Positions 32,093-32,890 of a DNA stretch of 32,890 nucleotides are shown piece after piece; position 1 is the first letter of the stretch; the number at the start of each line of letters is the position of its first letter. Source of the DNA: Treponema sp. (GTDB taxonomy: Bacteria; Spirochaetota; Spirochaetia; Treponematales; Breznakiellaceae). Where the stretch lies: positions 1 through 32,890 of the forward strand of contig JAIRYV010000022.1 of assembly GCA_031267685.1 (NCBI GenBank), in the 5' to 3' direction. The notes beneath the pieces were generated by a model. The model saw only the letters and a program-made list of their open reading frames with translations, was not told the DNA's origin and did not search any database. The position numbers and the translations under genes were made by a program.

Positions 32093-32640
32093 GGAGTGGG
32101 AAGCCTCTTCTAACTAGAAGAAGGCGGCTCTTCTAACTAGAAGAAGTCAGCTCTTCTAACTAGAGTGAGATGACTCTTCTAACTAGAAGAAGGCGACTCT
32201 TCTAACTAGAAGAAGGCGACTCTTCTAACTAGAAGAATGTGGCTCTTCTAACTAGAGTGGGAAGCCTCTTCTAACTAGAAGAAGGCGACTCTTCTAACTA
32301 GAATGAGATGACTCTTCTAACTAGAAGAAGGCGACTCTTCTAACTAGAATGAGATGACTCTTCTAACTAGAAGAAGGCGGCTCTTCTAACTAGAGTGAGA
32401 TGACTCTTCTAACTAGAATGAGATGACTCTTCTAACTAGAAGAAGGCAACTCTTCTAACTAGAATGAGATGACTCTTCTAACTAGAAGAAGGCGATTCTT
32501 CTAACTAGAATGAGATGACTCTTCTAACTAGAATGAGATGACTCTTCTAACTAGAAGAAGGCGCTTACCTACCTTATGACAAGACTCTTCTAACTAGAAG
32601 AAGGCGCTTACCTACCTTATGACAAGACTCTTCTAACTAG
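32093..32640. repeat. Tandem direct-repeat array 4: 22 copies of a 23-bp unit, each an invariant 13-nt core ctcttctaactag plus a 10-nt variable segment (aagaaggcgN, a[ag]tgagatga, aagaagtcag, aagaatgtgg, agtgggaagc). The last 2 units carry an identical 20-bp insertion.
   Basis: Read directly. It starts 1 nt after the comEC stop and ends at a CTAG immediately before the putative IS left end. Confidence 0.95.
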
Positions 32641-32679
32641 GGTGTGTTCACATTACACGCAATAAGCTATACTGGGGAT

Positions 32680-32890
32680 ATGGAAATAAGTGAAGAACAA
32701 TACCGGAGGATTCAAAACCTTTTGCCCACGCAAAGAGGGCATGTAACAATAGCGAACTTGACCTTACTGAACGCTCTGATCTACCGCTGTGAGAACGGTA
32801 GTAAATGGCGAGCGTTGCCTGAAAGGTTTGGCCATTGGCATGTTATCTCTATGCGATTGAATCGCTGGGCAAAGAGCGGGGTACTGGAAC
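32680..32890 (+). mobile_element. IS5-family transposase (DUF4096-type N-terminal domain), 5' partial that runs off the window. The putative IS left end begins about 32641, right after a CTAG.
   Basis: MEISEEQYRRIQNLLPTQRGHVTIANLTLLNALIYRCENGSKWRALPERFGHWHVISMRLNRWAKSGVL matches the conserved N-terminal pattern of IS5-family transposases (EEQW..I..LLP / LNAI.Y....G..WR.LP..FG.W..V..RF.RW...GV). Confidence 0.7.

Noticed and set aside
32093-32640. CRISPR-like array of repeat plus variable segments
   Set aside because: The variable segments are only 10 nt and recur among a few classes. Real spacers are 26 nt or longer and mostly unique. There are no cas genes in the window. It is kept as an unusual tandem array instead.

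Overview
This is a gene-dense chromosomal window of about 32.9 kb at roughly 50% GC, with AGGAGG-type ribosome-binding sites and lipoprotein or signal-peptide N-termini. I support 27 protein-coding genes plus one partial gene at the right edge. The genes are a mix of housekeeping and accessory functions: a cysteine desulfurase and Fe-S scaffold pair (nifS, nifU), dxr, thrC, a lone acetolactate-synthase-type TPP enzyme, a rhomboid protease, a sugar ABC transporter (binding protein plus two permeases) with a lipoprotein esterase, a CorC/HlyC-type transporter, an HD-GYP phosphodiesterase, an LpoB-like lipoprotein and a ComEC/Rec2-like protein. A four-gene minus-strand operon encodes an NfeD-like protein, a flotillin, a GNAT acetyltransferase and a DUF368 membrane protein.

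The most unusual signal is non-coding. There are four separate intergenic arrays of head-to-tail direct repeats with 21-25 bp units, at 1-119, 10296-10555, 22723-22970 and 32093-32640. They are unrelated in sequence, but each unit is built around a short palindrome. The last array has an invariant 13-nt core alternating with about 10-nt variable segments, and it abuts the 5' end of an IS5-family transposase gene whose left end follows a CTAG.

The best candidate for an undescribed multi-gene system is a tight three-gene operon at 14432-17768: a hypothetical protein with a Cys cluster and a poly-acidic tail, a MoxR-like AAA+ ATPase, and a VWA protein of the COG3864/DUF2201 type whose N-terminal peptidase-like region appears degenerate.

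Other points of interest are a RelA/SpoT-type small alarmone synthetase domain fused to TPR repeats, a 986-aa secreted protein whose central 450 aa are near-identical Ala/Gln/Glu coiled-coil repeats, and an HU-like DNA-binding gene sitting directly behind one of the repeat arrays.

Every functional assignment rests on motifs I recognised by eye in the translations. No database search was possible.
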